Part shown: one piece after another, positions 55,571-64,000 of the stretch | Layout of the letters: the number at the start of each line of letters is the position of its first letter | Position numbering within the stretch: the stretch's first letter is position 1 | From: an uncultured Actinomyces sp. | GTDB taxonomy: Bacteria > Actinomycetota > Actinomycetes > Actinomycetales > Actinomycetaceae | NCBI GenBank assembly: GCA_964344535.1 | Contig: CAYFNQ010000001.1 | Location: 10,184 to 74,183 of the forward strand | DNA length: 64,000 nucleotides | Reading direction: 5' to 3' | The notes under the pieces: generated by a model | Database searches by the model: none | Seen by the model: only the letters and a program-made list of their open reading frames with translations | Told to the model about the DNA's origin: nothing | Made by a program: the position numbers and the translations under genes

Positions 55571-55966
55571 CTACCGGCCGCGCTCTTTCCAGCGCGCCTG
55601 GCGCTTTTCTTCTCCAGAAAGCGTGGCTTTGGCTCCGGACGAAGCGTTCTTCTTGCCTGGCCGCTCATCAGTTTGCAGCGCGTACAGCACACCGCCAACC
55701 ATCATCAGGAAGCCAACGGCTCCTAGGAGCGCGGTAACCACGGAGAACCCCAGCGTCACACCCCCTAGGACAACAGCTAGACCAGCTGCCGCCAAGATGC
55801 TCCCCAGAGCGATTCGCCTAGGAGAAAAGGAGTGAACGGTAGCTTTGGGTTCTTCCTTGGGGGCAACCCCGGCTCCGGCGATAGCGTCAGCCAGCTTGGG
55901 ATCTTGCTCCCGCAGGTGCCGTTCCATCTCAGCCAAGACCTGCTTTTCATGCTCCGAAAGTGCCAC
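55571..55966 (-). CDS. DUF3040-family membrane protein
   Basis: (M)ALSEHEKQVLAEMERHLREQDPKLA N-terminus followed by two transmembrane helices. GTG 55966 has a GGAGGGAGG SD sequence. Confidence 0.7.
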   Translation of the reverse strand: MALSEHEKQVLAEMERHLREQDPKLADAIAGAGVAPKEEPKATVHSFSPRRIALGSILAAAGLAVVLGGVTLGFSVVTALLGAVGFLMMVGGVLYALQTDERPGKKNASSGAKATLSGEEKRQARWKERGR

Positions 55967-56018
55967 GGCCCTCCCTCCTGCGCTACTGGTTATCAAACGT
56001 TGTCACGGGACACTACTG

Positions 56019-57251
56019 TCAGTGTAGCTTCCCGGAGCTTTCGTCCCTTGGTCGTCTTGACACTAGACTCGCCGGACGCAAAGCGCCAACTCCGAACCTC
56101 TCCTCCGCCAGATCCATGACGGTCTCACTGTCTCTTTGGCGAGTGTCTTCATCAAACAGCGTGGGCGCGGCATCGTCCTGGCTCACCAGCCCGGAAATTC
56201 CCAGCCCAATAAGTCTGACCCCGCCCCTGGGTAGCGAAAGGTTCGACAAAAGCTCCACCCCGGTGGACGCAATAGCCCTGCCTACGCTGGTCGGGGAAGG
56301 CAATGTCTTCGAACGTGTGATGGTTTTGAAGTTTGCGTTTCTGACCTTGATTGAGACAGTCGAAGCGAGCAGGTTGGCTTTGCGAGCTCTGGACGCACAC
56401 TTGTGGGCTTGGGCAACCAAGACCTTTTCCAGTTCGCCTCTTTGCGTGACGTTAGTGGAGAACGTTTGCTCTGCTGAGATGGATTTCTCCAGCGCTTTAC
56501 CGCCAACCGCCCTGTCGTCTTGTCCCCAGGAGGCACGGTGCAAGCTGTGTGCCGAAGCCGCCCCAACCCACTGTTCTAACTCACCTGGGGGGACTTCGGA
56601 GAGCTGTTTTACCGTGTCGATCCCCCTGGTTTTCAGGTTCTTCTCCGTAACGGTACCGACACCCCACAGTGCACCGATTGGAAGCGAGTGCAAAAACTCT
56701 ACGGTTCGTGGCGAAGGCACCAGGAAGACCCCGTCGGGCTTCGCCAGGGTGGAGGCAATCTTTGCAACTGACTTGTTTTTCGCTATCCCAACGGAGGCCG
56801 GTAACCCTAGTCGACTGCGGATCTGTTCACGCAGGTGAGCCGCGACCTGTAGCGGGGTGCCTAGCCTGCGTCTGGCCCCAAGGACGTCCAGGAAAGCCTC
56901 GTCAATGCTGATCTGTTCCACGTGCGGGGTGATCTCACCCAGTAGTGCCATCACTTCTTTGGAGACTTCGCGATACAGCCATAGGCGGCCGGGAAGGAAG
57001 ACACAGTTGGGGCAAAGGGAGCGGGCTCTGGCTGAGGGCATGCCTGCCCTAATCCCAAAAGCTCTAGCCTCATAAGTTGCAGACGTCACCACCCCTCGGG
57101 CACTAGCTCCCCCAACGACCACAGGCTTATTTCGAAGCGAACTGTCCTCGCGAACCTCTACGGCTGCAAAGAAACTGTCCATGTCAATATGCAGGATTGG
57201 GGTTTGGGAATCGTCTGTTCCCCAGGGGAAGTTAGAAGCGTTCTTTGACAT
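56019..57251 (-). CDS. dinB: DNA polymerase IV (Y-family)
   Basis: ILHIDMDSFFAAVE, SIDEAFLDV and the little-finger domain. ATG 57251 has a GGAGGAGG SD sequence. Confidence 0.92.
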   Translation of the reverse strand: MSKNASNFPWGTDDSQTPILHIDMDSFFAAVEVREDSSLRNKPVVVGGASARGVVTSATYEARAFGIRAGMPSARARSLCPNCVFLPGRLWLYREVSKEVMALLGEITPHVEQISIDEAFLDVLGARRRLGTPLQVAAHLREQIRSRLGLPASVGIAKNKSVAKIASTLAKPDGVFLVPSPRTVEFLHSLPIGALWGVGTVTEKNLKTRGIDTVKQLSEVPPGELEQWVGAASAHSLHRASWGQDDRAVGGKALEKSISAEQTFSTNVTQRGELEKVLVAQAHKCASRARKANLLASTVSIKVRNANFKTITRSKTLPSPTSVGRAIASTGVELLSNLSLPRGGVRLIGLGISGLVSQDDAAPTLFDEDTRQRDSETVMDLAEERFGVGALRPASLVSRRPRDESSGKLH

Positions 57252-57349
57252 GCGGCCTCCTCCCCCACGCTGGACTGTGACAAGCTGCGCTTGTGGCGAA
57301 GAATAACTCACGCAAACCAACTGGAAGAAGTGCGCGCAAGACAGCTGGC

Positions 57350-58117
57350 ATGACAGAAGCTGCAGTGACCAGCAGCGGGATGGTGTTACGCCTTGAAGGA
57401 AACGTTTTGTCGCTGTTCACGGCAGGCATGGAGCAGTCGCAGACGTTCTTGGAAGACCCGACCCGGCTGGAATTCGAATACATGCAGCATTTCGACCTGT
57501 CCTTGAAGGCACGCCACAGCATCGGTGTGCCGCTTAGGGTCTTCCATGCCGGCGCAGGAGCCCTAAGCCTGCCGTTGGCCTGGGCCCACGCGCGCCCTGT
57601 GAGCAGACACGTGTGCGCCGACCCGGACCAAGATCTACTCCGCCTTTTAAAACAGTGGCAGATCGTCGATCCGAAAGGCCGGGTGCGGCTGCGGCAAGCT
57701 GGCGCCCTAGAAGCACTACAGGGTAGCAACGCAACCTATGACGTGATTGTCCGCGACGCATTCGCGGGGGACTCAACACCCCTGGAACTGGTGACCGCCG
57801 CATGGGTTGACTTGGTGAAGCAGCGCCTCACTGACGGGGGGACGTACTTGGCAAACGTGGCCCACGGCGGCGGACACAACGGCAAGCAGGACGTCGCCGC
57901 GGTGGTAGATGGGTTTCGCAACGTTGTCGCCGTTGTGGACCGCAAGGTTTGGGCAAACGCGCGCCTGGGAAACCTGGCCGTGATCGCCTGGGACGAAGGC
58001 GAGTTCGATAGAGAGTCGCTGGAGTCCGACCTGCGAAGACTGGCTTTGCCGGTACGGCTCTATTCGAAAAGGGAAATCAAAGCCTGGCTTGGGGGCGCAT
58101 TAGCCAACCCGGGCTAG
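57350..58117 (+). CDS. Spermidine-synthase-like SAM-dependent methyltransferase-fold protein
   Basis: The DVIVRDAFAGDSTPLELVTAAWVDLVKQRLTDGGTYLANV pattern resembles the spermine/spermidine synthase family. The start is uncertain (GTG 57293, ATG 57350 or ATG 57380). Confidence 0.55.
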   Translation: MTEAAVTSSGMVLRLEGNVLSLFTAGMEQSQTFLEDPTRLEFEYMQHFDLSLKARHSIGVPLRVFHAGAGALSLPLAWAHARPVSRHVCADPDQDLLRLLKQWQIVDPKGRVRLRQAGALEALQGSNATYDVIVRDAFAGDSTPLELVTAAWVDLVKQRLTDGGTYLANVAHGGGHNGKQDVAAVVDGFRNVVAVVDRKVWANARLGNLAVIAWDEGEFDRESLESDLRRLALPVRLYSKREIKAWLGGALANPG

Positions 58118-59181
58118 TTGGTTTCGCTTTCACCGTCTTCTTCACCCGGATCGCCCGGAGTTGCTTCCACCGTTGGCGCATCGTTTTGATGCTTGCGCTT
58201 TGAGTGTATTTTCAGATATTTCTCAATCGCTTCACCGATTGTTTCTGCAAGTGATGCGGAGTCATCGTCCCCTACGCGTTCTGCCTCCGGGAATTCTCCG
58301 TCTGCCGGTTCGTCGCGCATAACGCTTTCCCAGTCTCCAAGGCTGTTCACGTGACCAAGGAGGTCCGCCGCGGCAGACTCAGCAGAGGAACGGCCCGGCA
58401 ACACATCATCAAAATGGCGTTCCAACGCATCCACTGTGGATTGCAGGTCCTGGTTGTGCTCCACAAGCTTGTCGACCTGACTAGTTTCCTCATCCGCGCC
58501 ACGCTCTAGGTCACCGACCGGGAGCGACAGCTCTGCGATGTCTGACAGCCTGCGCAGCAGCGCTGATGAGGCGCGCGGGAAAGTAGACCCGGCCATGTAG
58601 TACGGCACGGTAGCTAGCAAAGTGATGCCTGTAAGGCCCCGCTGGGCGGCGTGGTGCTGTAAAAACGACGTGTAGGGAGCTGGGAATTGGGCGATCCCAC
58701 CCATCAGGGGCTGGTCCGGTATGAGTTCTTTGTCCGTGGACTGGACGTGGATAGCGCTGGGCCTAGTGTGCGGGACTGCTGCGGGCAGGCCGTGCAATGA
58801 CACCATCACCTCAACACCTGATTCTGCGGCAAGCTCCATGATGGCATCAGTGAACTTGTGCCACCTAGCGTCAGGCTCTGGCCCATGCAGAACCAAGACG
58901 GGGGTGCCACTGTCGTCGTGCACCAAATCAACCGCAATTTCCGGTGTTTCAAGCCCTGTTGTCACCCAGTTCTCAACCTGCATGGTTGGCCGGTGCGAAC
59001 GATAATCGATGAGCTCATCTGACCGAAACGTCGCGACCCTTTGAGCGTCCAGTGAACGCAGCAGTTGGCGCACTGCAAGGCCACCGGCAGAACCTGCGTC
59101 AAGTGCCCCATCCAAGTGGGTAATGAGGTAGCGAGCTTTCGTTCCGCGCTTGGGTCCCGAGTCATACAGTTCGTTTTGCAT
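58114..59181 (-). CDS. PAC2 (proteasome-assembly-chaperone-2-like) family protein with an acidic C-terminal tail
   Basis: LITHLDGALDAGSAGGLA and VLVLHGPEPDARW segments typical of the actinobacterial PAC2 family. Confidence 0.55.
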   Translation of the reverse strand: MQNELYDSGPKRGTKARYLITHLDGALDAGSAGGLAVRQLLRSLDAQRVATFRSDELIDYRSHRPTMQVENWVTTGLETPEIAVDLVHDDSGTPVLVLHGPEPDARWHKFTDAIMELAAESGVEVMVSLHGLPAAVPHTRPSAIHVQSTDKELIPDQPLMGGIAQFPAPYTSFLQHHAAQRGLTGITLLATVPYYMAGSTFPRASSALLRRLSDIAELSLPVGDLERGADEETSQVDKLVEHNQDLQSTVDALERHFDDVLPGRSSAESAAADLLGHVNSLGDWESVMRDEPADGEFPEAERVGDDDSASLAETIGEAIEKYLKIHSKRKHQNDAPTVEATPGDPGEEDGESETN

Positions 59182-59202
59182 GTCGCCCCCAATTCCCTTA
59201 GT

Positions 59203-59228
59203 TTCAACCGTTTGTCTGCTTCAACCGT
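59203..59228. repeat. Direct repeat TTCAACCGT x2 (17-bp period) in the PAC2/helD divergent intergenic region
   Basis: TTCAACCGT occurs at 59203-59211 and 59220-59228. Confidence 0.6.
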
Positions 59229-59378
59229 ATCTTGGTCCAAGCTCGGGCATGCGGGCGCTGCGAAAATTGAGCCAGTAGGAAAACCTATGGAAGCGCCCGT
59301 CCCCTGCTGCGGCTGGTTTGAGGAATAATGGGATGTCGTAATTTTCTTAGAAGGGCCTTGCCAAAAGAAGGAGGGACC

Positions 59379-61679
59379 ATGAGTGAGGAATCCTCCCGGC
59401 TTGCTGACGAGCTCAAGAAAGAACAGGCGTTCGTTGACAGGGCGTACGAAGCAATTGAGCACCTGCGAAGCGAGTACAGAGCTGAGCAACGTGAGATTGA
59501 AAGCCAGGGCGCCTGGGGTTCGCCGCAAGCGCGAACCGAACGGGACGCAAAGGCCGCGCACTTTGGTGATCAGGCAGCGCGCCTAGAGCAGATTGAGGAC
59601 CGGCTAGTTTTTGGGCGGATCGACATGGAGGCCGGCACGAACCACTACATTGGTCGCGCCGGGCTTCCCGGGGAAGATGGCAGCCGTCTGCTGGTGGACT
59701 GGAGAGCTCCTGCGGCGCGCCCGTTTTACCAGGCAACTGCCGCGGACCCTTCAGGTGTGTTGCGCAGACGTCACATTCTCACCCACCTGCGAAAAGTCAA
59801 AGGTGTTGAGGATGACGTTTTGGATGCCAAGGGAGCAGCTGAAGAAGGTTTGACGTTCCAGGGCGAAGGCGCCCTAATGTCAGCGCTAGCGCAGGCGCGT
59901 GAAGGGCGCATGGGTGACATTGTTGCGACGATCCAAGCCGAACAGGACTCCATCATCCGAGCTAGCGGTGACGGGGTTTTGGTAGTCCAAGGCGGTCCGG
60001 GAACGGGGAAGACGGCAGTGGCACTGCACCGCGCTGCCTACCTGCTTTACACGCATCGGGAGCGTCTAGAGCGCTCCGGGGTTCTAATACTTGGGCCCTC
60101 CCCCGTCTTCTTGCGCTACATCGAACAGGTTCTTCCCTCCCTGGGCGAAAGCGGTGTGGTGTCAGTGACTATGGGCGGGCTCCTGCCCGGCCTGCACACG
60201 CAGCTGATGGACCCCGCTGACGTTGCTAAAGCAAAAGGGAAGATGGCCTGGGTGCCCACCTTGGCGGCAGCGGTTAAAGACCTGCAGCGTTTGCCCGAAG
60301 AAACGAAGCACTTCCGAATTGATGGCAGGCAGGCTGAGCTCACCCGTGCCATGGTGAGTTCCGCCCGTACCCGGGCCCGGCGCACGGGTAAGCCACACAA
60401 CGTTGCGCGCGAGGGCTTTGCGCTTGAGCTCCTGGATGAGATTGCTACGCAACTAGCTGGTGATGACGCGGACGCTGAAACGATCCAGTGGTGGCGTGAT
60501 AATGCCAGGCTGGACCGCGACGTGCGCCGGGAGATCAACCTCTGCTGGCTCCCGTGGACGGCGCAAAAGCTCTTGGCGAAGCTCTACTCCGATCCGCGCC
60601 GGCTCCGACGCGTAGCGACAGGGCTCAGTGCTGCGGATATGGACTTGGTCTACCGCCGTGCGGATGCTCCGCTCACTGTCGCGGACATTCCTTTGCTGGA
60701 TGAGTTAGAGGAGCTCTTGGGGACAAACGAAGTCCTGGCAGAGGCTTCACAAAAGACTAGGGCTGCGAACGAAGAAGCGGAACTGGCACGAGTCCAGGAA
60801 GCTATCGATTCTCAAGAGCTTGGAGGGGGCCTGGTCTCCGCTGAACTTCTAGCCAGTCACACCCGGGGTTTCCATGATTGGGTCCCGTTAGCAGAACGTG
60901 CTCTTGTAGATCGATCCTGGACCTATGGACACATTGTGGTGGACGAGGCCCAGGATTTGAGCCCCATGGCTTGGAACTCTGTCTTGCGGCGCTGCCCTTC
61001 CAGGTCGATCACAGTGGTTGGGGACCTAGATCAGGCCCGGGGGCTGACGCGTCCTAAGTCTTGGGCGAACGCCCTAGGCCCAGCGGCGCGTGGGCTGGCC
61101 GGCGAGTACCTGCTGACTATTTCCTACCGCACGCCGAAAACGATTACGGACACCGCCCAAGAGGTGTTGGCTGAACTTGGGCACCCCATTTTGTTTCCCC
61201 TGACATCCGCCCGGGAGGTCCCAGACGCTTTGGCGGACACGCATCTTCCAGGCCGCGGACAGATTTTGCCACCAAGTAAGGACCCGCTGTGGGAAGCGGT
61301 ACAAGCGGTCATTGAAGAAGAGACCGCCCTTTTAGACCAGGAGGTCGGACAGGGTGAGGGACGCATCGGGGTTTTGGTTTCGACTCCGCGCGGCCTTGCG
61401 TGGGGGGCGGACAACGTCGGCGAAACAGCGCTGGACCAGCGTGTCAGCATGCTCACGGCCGTCGGCGCGAAGGGCCTAGAATTTGATGTTTCGATCCTTG
61501 TCGAGCCAAGCGAAATTGCGCAAGCGGGTCCCGGGGATTTGTTCGTGGCGATGACCCGATCAACTAGGCGCCTACACTCAGTTCGTACAGGCAACCTTCC
61601 AACCGCGTGGGAACAGGCTTTGCAACAGCAGAACCAAGACCCCGCACACTCCTTCGAAAGTAGGGCGACACCGCTGTGA
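59379..61679 (+). CDS. helD: HelD-type UvrD-like helicase (RNA polymerase recycling ATPase)
   Basis: N-terminal coiled coil, then RLVFGRID...YIGRAGL and LVDWRAPAARPFYQAT, Walker A VVQGGPGTGKT, and VVDEAQDL. ATG 59379 has an AAGGAGG SD sequence. Confidence 0.8.
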   Translation: MSEESSRLADELKKEQAFVDRAYEAIEHLRSEYRAEQREIESQGAWGSPQARTERDAKAAHFGDQAARLEQIEDRLVFGRIDMEAGTNHYIGRAGLPGEDGSRLLVDWRAPAARPFYQATAADPSGVLRRRHILTHLRKVKGVEDDVLDAKGAAEEGLTFQGEGALMSALAQAREGRMGDIVATIQAEQDSIIRASGDGVLVVQGGPGTGKTAVALHRAAYLLYTHRERLERSGVLILGPSPVFLRYIEQVLPSLGESGVVSVTMGGLLPGLHTQLMDPADVAKAKGKMAWVPTLAAAVKDLQRLPEETKHFRIDGRQAELTRAMVSSARTRARRTGKPHNVAREGFALELLDEIATQLAGDDADAETIQWWRDNARLDRDVRREINLCWLPWTAQKLLAKLYSDPRRLRRVATGLSAADMDLVYRRADAPLTVADIPLLDELEELLGTNEVLAEASQKTRAANEEAELARVQEAIDSQELGGGLVSAELLASHTRGFHDWVPLAERALVDRSWTYGHIVVDEAQDLSPMAWNSVLRRCPSRSITVVGDLDQARGLTRPKSWANALGPAARGLAGEYLLTISYRTPKTITDTAQEVLAELGHPILFPLTSAREVPDALADTHLPGRGQILPPSKDPLWEAVQAVIEEETALLDQEVGQGEGRIGVLVSTPRGLAWGADNVGETALDQRVSMLTAVGAKGLEFDVSILVEPSEIAQAGPGDLFVAMTRSTRRLHSVRTGNLPTAWEQALQQQNQDPAHSFESRATPL

Positions 61680-62890
61680 CAAACGTTCTGTTACTTGAAA
61701 ACCCCCACCCCGTCGGTGCGCGGACTTTAGAACAAGCCGGAATGAACGTGGAGGTCGTCAAGGGCAGCCTCAGCGAAAACGATCTAATTCGCGCCCTGGA
61801 CGACGTACAGATCCTGGGAATCCGGTCCAAGACAGAGGTGACCCGAAGGGTCCTGGCACACAGCCCCAGCCTGAAAGTGATCGGGGCTTTTTGCATTGGT
61901 ACCAACCAGATTGCGGTGGAGACAGCAGCGGAACGCGGCATCCCCGTCTTCAACGCCCCTTACGCCAACACGCGTTCGGTGGTTGAGCTAGCACTTGGCC
62001 AAATCATTGCGCTAACCAGGCGCCTCACAGTGAAAAACTCTCAACTTCACCGTGGCCTGTGGGACAAGTCAGCAGATGGAGCACATGAACTTCGTGGCCG
62101 AACCCTAGGCATCTTGGGTTACGGGAACATCGGCACCCAGCTTTCCGTGCTTGCTGAAGCGCTGGGGATGGAGGTCTTGTTCTACGACCTAGAAGAACGC
62201 TTAGCACTTGGTAATGCGCAGCGTGTCGCAACAATGGATGAGCTGTTAGGACGCTCCGACGTGCTCTCCATTCACGTGAGTGGGACCGAAGCCAACAGGG
62301 GTTTGATTGGGGAGCAAGAACTAGCTCAAATGCGTCCGGGCGCCTCTTTAGTGAACCTGTCGCGCGGCTTCGTGGTTGATGTTGAGGCGCTACGAAGCGC
62401 CCTCTTGTCCGGTCACCTAGCGGGAGCTGCAGTTGACGTTTTCCCGGAGGAACCCCGCGCTAACGGTGACGCGTTTGCCTCGCCTTTGCAGACCATGGAC
62501 AACGTGATCTTAACCCCGCACATTGGTGGTTCCACCGTGGAGGCCCAACATGACATCGGTGCCTTCGTTGCCAACAAACTTATCAACTATGAGCGACTAG
62601 GTAACACTTCAATGGCGGTGAACGTTCCAAACTTGACGCTGCCTGTAAGTTCGGGAGCTGCCGGGCGTTTGACGTTCATGCACCACAACGTCCCCGGAGT
62701 GATGGCGGAACTGAATGAGGTTTTGGCTTCCTCCCGCGTGAACGTTGAAGCGCAAGCCCTAGCTACCTTCGGTTCCATTGGTTACACGATCACCGACGTT
62801 GGTTCTCCCCTAGCCGGCGGCGCGGTCGACGCTGTCGGCTCGCTGCGATCCAACATTTCGACACGCTACCTGGTGCTTCAACCGCACTAA
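61676..62890 (+). CDS. serA: D-3-phosphoglycerate dehydrogenase with a C-terminal ACT-like domain
   Basis: GILGYGNIGTQ NAD fold, the catalytic context SRG...D...TPHIGGST, and a ~75-aa C-terminal regulatory domain. GTGA overlap with helD. Confidence 0.85.
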   Translation: MTNVLLLENPHPVGARTLEQAGMNVEVVKGSLSENDLIRALDDVQILGIRSKTEVTRRVLAHSPSLKVIGAFCIGTNQIAVETAAERGIPVFNAPYANTRSVVELALGQIIALTRRLTVKNSQLHRGLWDKSADGAHELRGRTLGILGYGNIGTQLSVLAEALGMEVLFYDLEERLALGNAQRVATMDELLGRSDVLSIHVSGTEANRGLIGEQELAQMRPGASLVNLSRGFVVDVEALRSALLSGHLAGAAVDVFPEEPRANGDAFASPLQTMDNVILTPHIGGSTVEAQHDIGAFVANKLINYERLGNTSMAVNVPNLTLPVSSGAAGRLTFMHHNVPGVMAELNEVLASSRVNVEAQALATFGSIGYTITDVGSPLAGGAVDAVGSLRSNISTRYLVLQPH

Positions 62891-62904
62891 TTGGAGGAAA
62901 TTCA

Positions 62905-64000
62905 ATGTCTTCCGTCACTCCGCTCACCGAAGAGCTTCGTCGCGAATACGCACCGGGCGTCCCCTTCAAGGTCGATTCACAAAACCTGGTGGTAAGCGAC
63001 CTGCTCTTTGAAACAGCGAAACGTTTTCCAGATCGTGTCGCACTGGACTTCATGAGCGCCCAAACGACGTACAGGGAGTTAGAGCTGGAGGTGAAGAAGG
63101 CGGCTGCAGCACTCAGGAACGCGGGCGTAAAGCGCGGGGACAGAGTGGCGCTTGTTTTGCCTAACGCGCCCGCACACGTAGTTGCGCTTTTCGCAACCGT
63201 TCTTATTGGGGCCGTGGCTGTGGAGCACAACCCGCTTGCGCCAGAGGAGGAGCTGAAGGCCGAATTTGCTCGCCACGGAGCCAAAGTTACGGTGGCATGG
63301 GAAAACGCGATTGAGAAGCTGGGTTTCTTGGATCGTTCCCACACGCTGTTTGGGGTGAACCTTGCAAGTGACCTGTCATCGACGGCGCGGGTTTTGTTGA
63401 AGCTGCCGCTAGCTGCCGTACGTAAGAAACGCAAAATGCTTGGGGCAAAAACCCCAAAGCATGTTGTCTCTTGGGCGAAAGCGGTTCGTACTAGCTCCCC
63501 GTGGAATCAGCCCACTATTGCCGAGCCTGGAGACACGGCAGTCCTACTCCATACGGGGGGCACGACCGGGACACCCAAAGCGGTGCAACTAACCCATAGG
63601 AACCTTTGCTCCAACGTCACCCAGTCGATTGCGTGGGTGCCGCCCCTTCATGAAGGTTCTGAGGTCTTCTATTCCGTCCTGCCCTACTTCCATGCTTTTG
63701 GCCTGACGGTAACCCTGCTGTCAGCCCTGCGACTTGGTGCAACCGTGGCGATTTTCCCCAAGTTTGATCCGACGCAGATCCTGCTGTCGCAGCGCCGCCT
63801 TCCCTGCACGTTTTTCGTTGGAGTGCCACCGATTTTTGAAAAGCTCCTGACGGAGTTAGAGAACCTCCCCACGGACATGTCTTCAATGAGTTTCACACTG
63901 TCTGGTGCAATGCCTTTGAATGAGGATTTGTCGAAGCGCTGGGAAGCAGCAACCGGTGGTCTGATGATTGAAGGCTACGGGATGACTGAGGCCTCCCCGG
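62905..64000 (+). CDS. AMP-dependent (long-chain) acyl-CoA synthetase, 5' part; runs off the window
   Basis: ATG 62905 has a GGAGGA SD sequence. My own translation yields LLHTGGTTGTPKAV (AMP-binding motif I) and EGYGMTEASP (motif II). There is no stop before position 64000. Confidence 0.85.
   Translation, partial: MSSVTPLTEELRREYAPGVPFKVDSQNLVVSDLLFETAKRFPDRVALDFMSAQTTYRELELEVKKAAAALRNAGVKRGDRVALVLPNAPAHVVALFATVLIGAVAVEHNPLAPEEELKAEFARHGAKVTVAWENAIEKLGFLDRSHTLFGVNLASDLSSTARVLLKLPLAAVRKKRKMLGAKTPKHVVSWAKAVRTSSPWNQPTIAEPGDTAVLLHTGGTTGTPKAVQLTHRNLCSNVTQSIAWVPPLHEGSEVFYSVLPYFHAFGLTVTLLSALRLGATVAIFPKFDPTQILLSQRRLPCTFFVGVPPIFEKLLTELENLPTDMSSMSFTLSGAMPLNEDLSKRWEAATGGLMIEGYGMTEASP

Noticed and set aside
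55381-55698. 106-codon N-terminal extension of the mraZ ORF (listed as 54952..55698).
   Set aside because: The conserved MraZ N-terminus MFLGTYEPKLDDKGR begins at ATG 55380. The extension runs across the repeat array and the non-coding spacer and has an implausible composition.
58962-59561. 199-aa minus-strand ORF spanning the PAC2 5' end, the intergenic spacer and the helD 5' end.
   Set aside because: It overlaps two well-supported genes and their promoter region. Its composition is not protein-like and it has no motif.
62790-63434. 214-aa ORF antisense to the acyl-CoA ligase gene. Similar long antisense or shadow ORFs include 287-811, 1888-2535, 8406-9086, 11571-12215, 12736-13269, 14585-15322, 15904-16602, 16669-17190, 18618-19205, 22703-23191, 24321-24926, 54469-55089, 55960-56838 and 57232-57729.
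   Set aside because: Each lies opposite or out of frame to a gene with unmistakable conserved motifs. Their translations are Ser/Arg/Ala/Pro-rich, as expected of stop-poor alternative frames in high-GC DNA. None has an SD sequence or a recognisable domain.

Overview
This window is a 64-kb slice of core chromosome from a high-GC Gram-positive bacterium (Actinomycetota). By eye the GC content is in the high 50s percent. Gene order and protein sequences look Actinomycetales-like, but I cannot name the species. Almost all of it is densely packed housekeeping operons, many joined by 1-4 nt start/stop overlaps.

From left to right:
- a DASS transporter
- a soluble cNMP-domain histidine kinase, a stand-alone receiver and an S51 peptidase
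- rsfS-nadD-obg-rpmA-rplU-rne (minus strand)
- cydAB, then terminator hairpins, then cydDC plus a GAF histidine kinase
- a convergent NarL-type regulator appended to DUF177-rnc-mutM
- coaD-rsmD-recG
- rpmB
- thiL, a TrmH-family methyltransferase, rplT-rpmI-infC
- a his cluster with an apparent hisD-hisC fusion and an orphan gene where hisH is expected
- dnaE, a GNAT acetyltransferase, rluD, lspA
- divIVA, yggT, sepF
- a complete dcw cluster (ftsZ back to mraZ) that lacks murE
- a DUF3040 gene, dinB, a spermidine-synthase-like gene, a PAC2 gene, helD, serA and the 5' part of an acyl-CoA ligase

I found no rRNA, tRNA, CRISPR array, transposase, integrase or prophage genes.

Nothing here resembles a defence island. 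The candidates for new biology are:
- the kinase-receiver-peptidase operon
- the split, convergent GAF-kinase/NarL pair, with the kinase attached to cydDC
- the HisD-HisC fusion and the 164-aa orphan in the his operon
- a four-hairpin attenuator-like leader upstream of the ATC-initiated infC
- 10-bp-periodic TGTGGA arrays upstream of mraZ and, unexpectedly, divIVA
- an apparent genome-wide excess of CTAG

All functional calls come from reading motifs in the translated ORFs. No database search was run.
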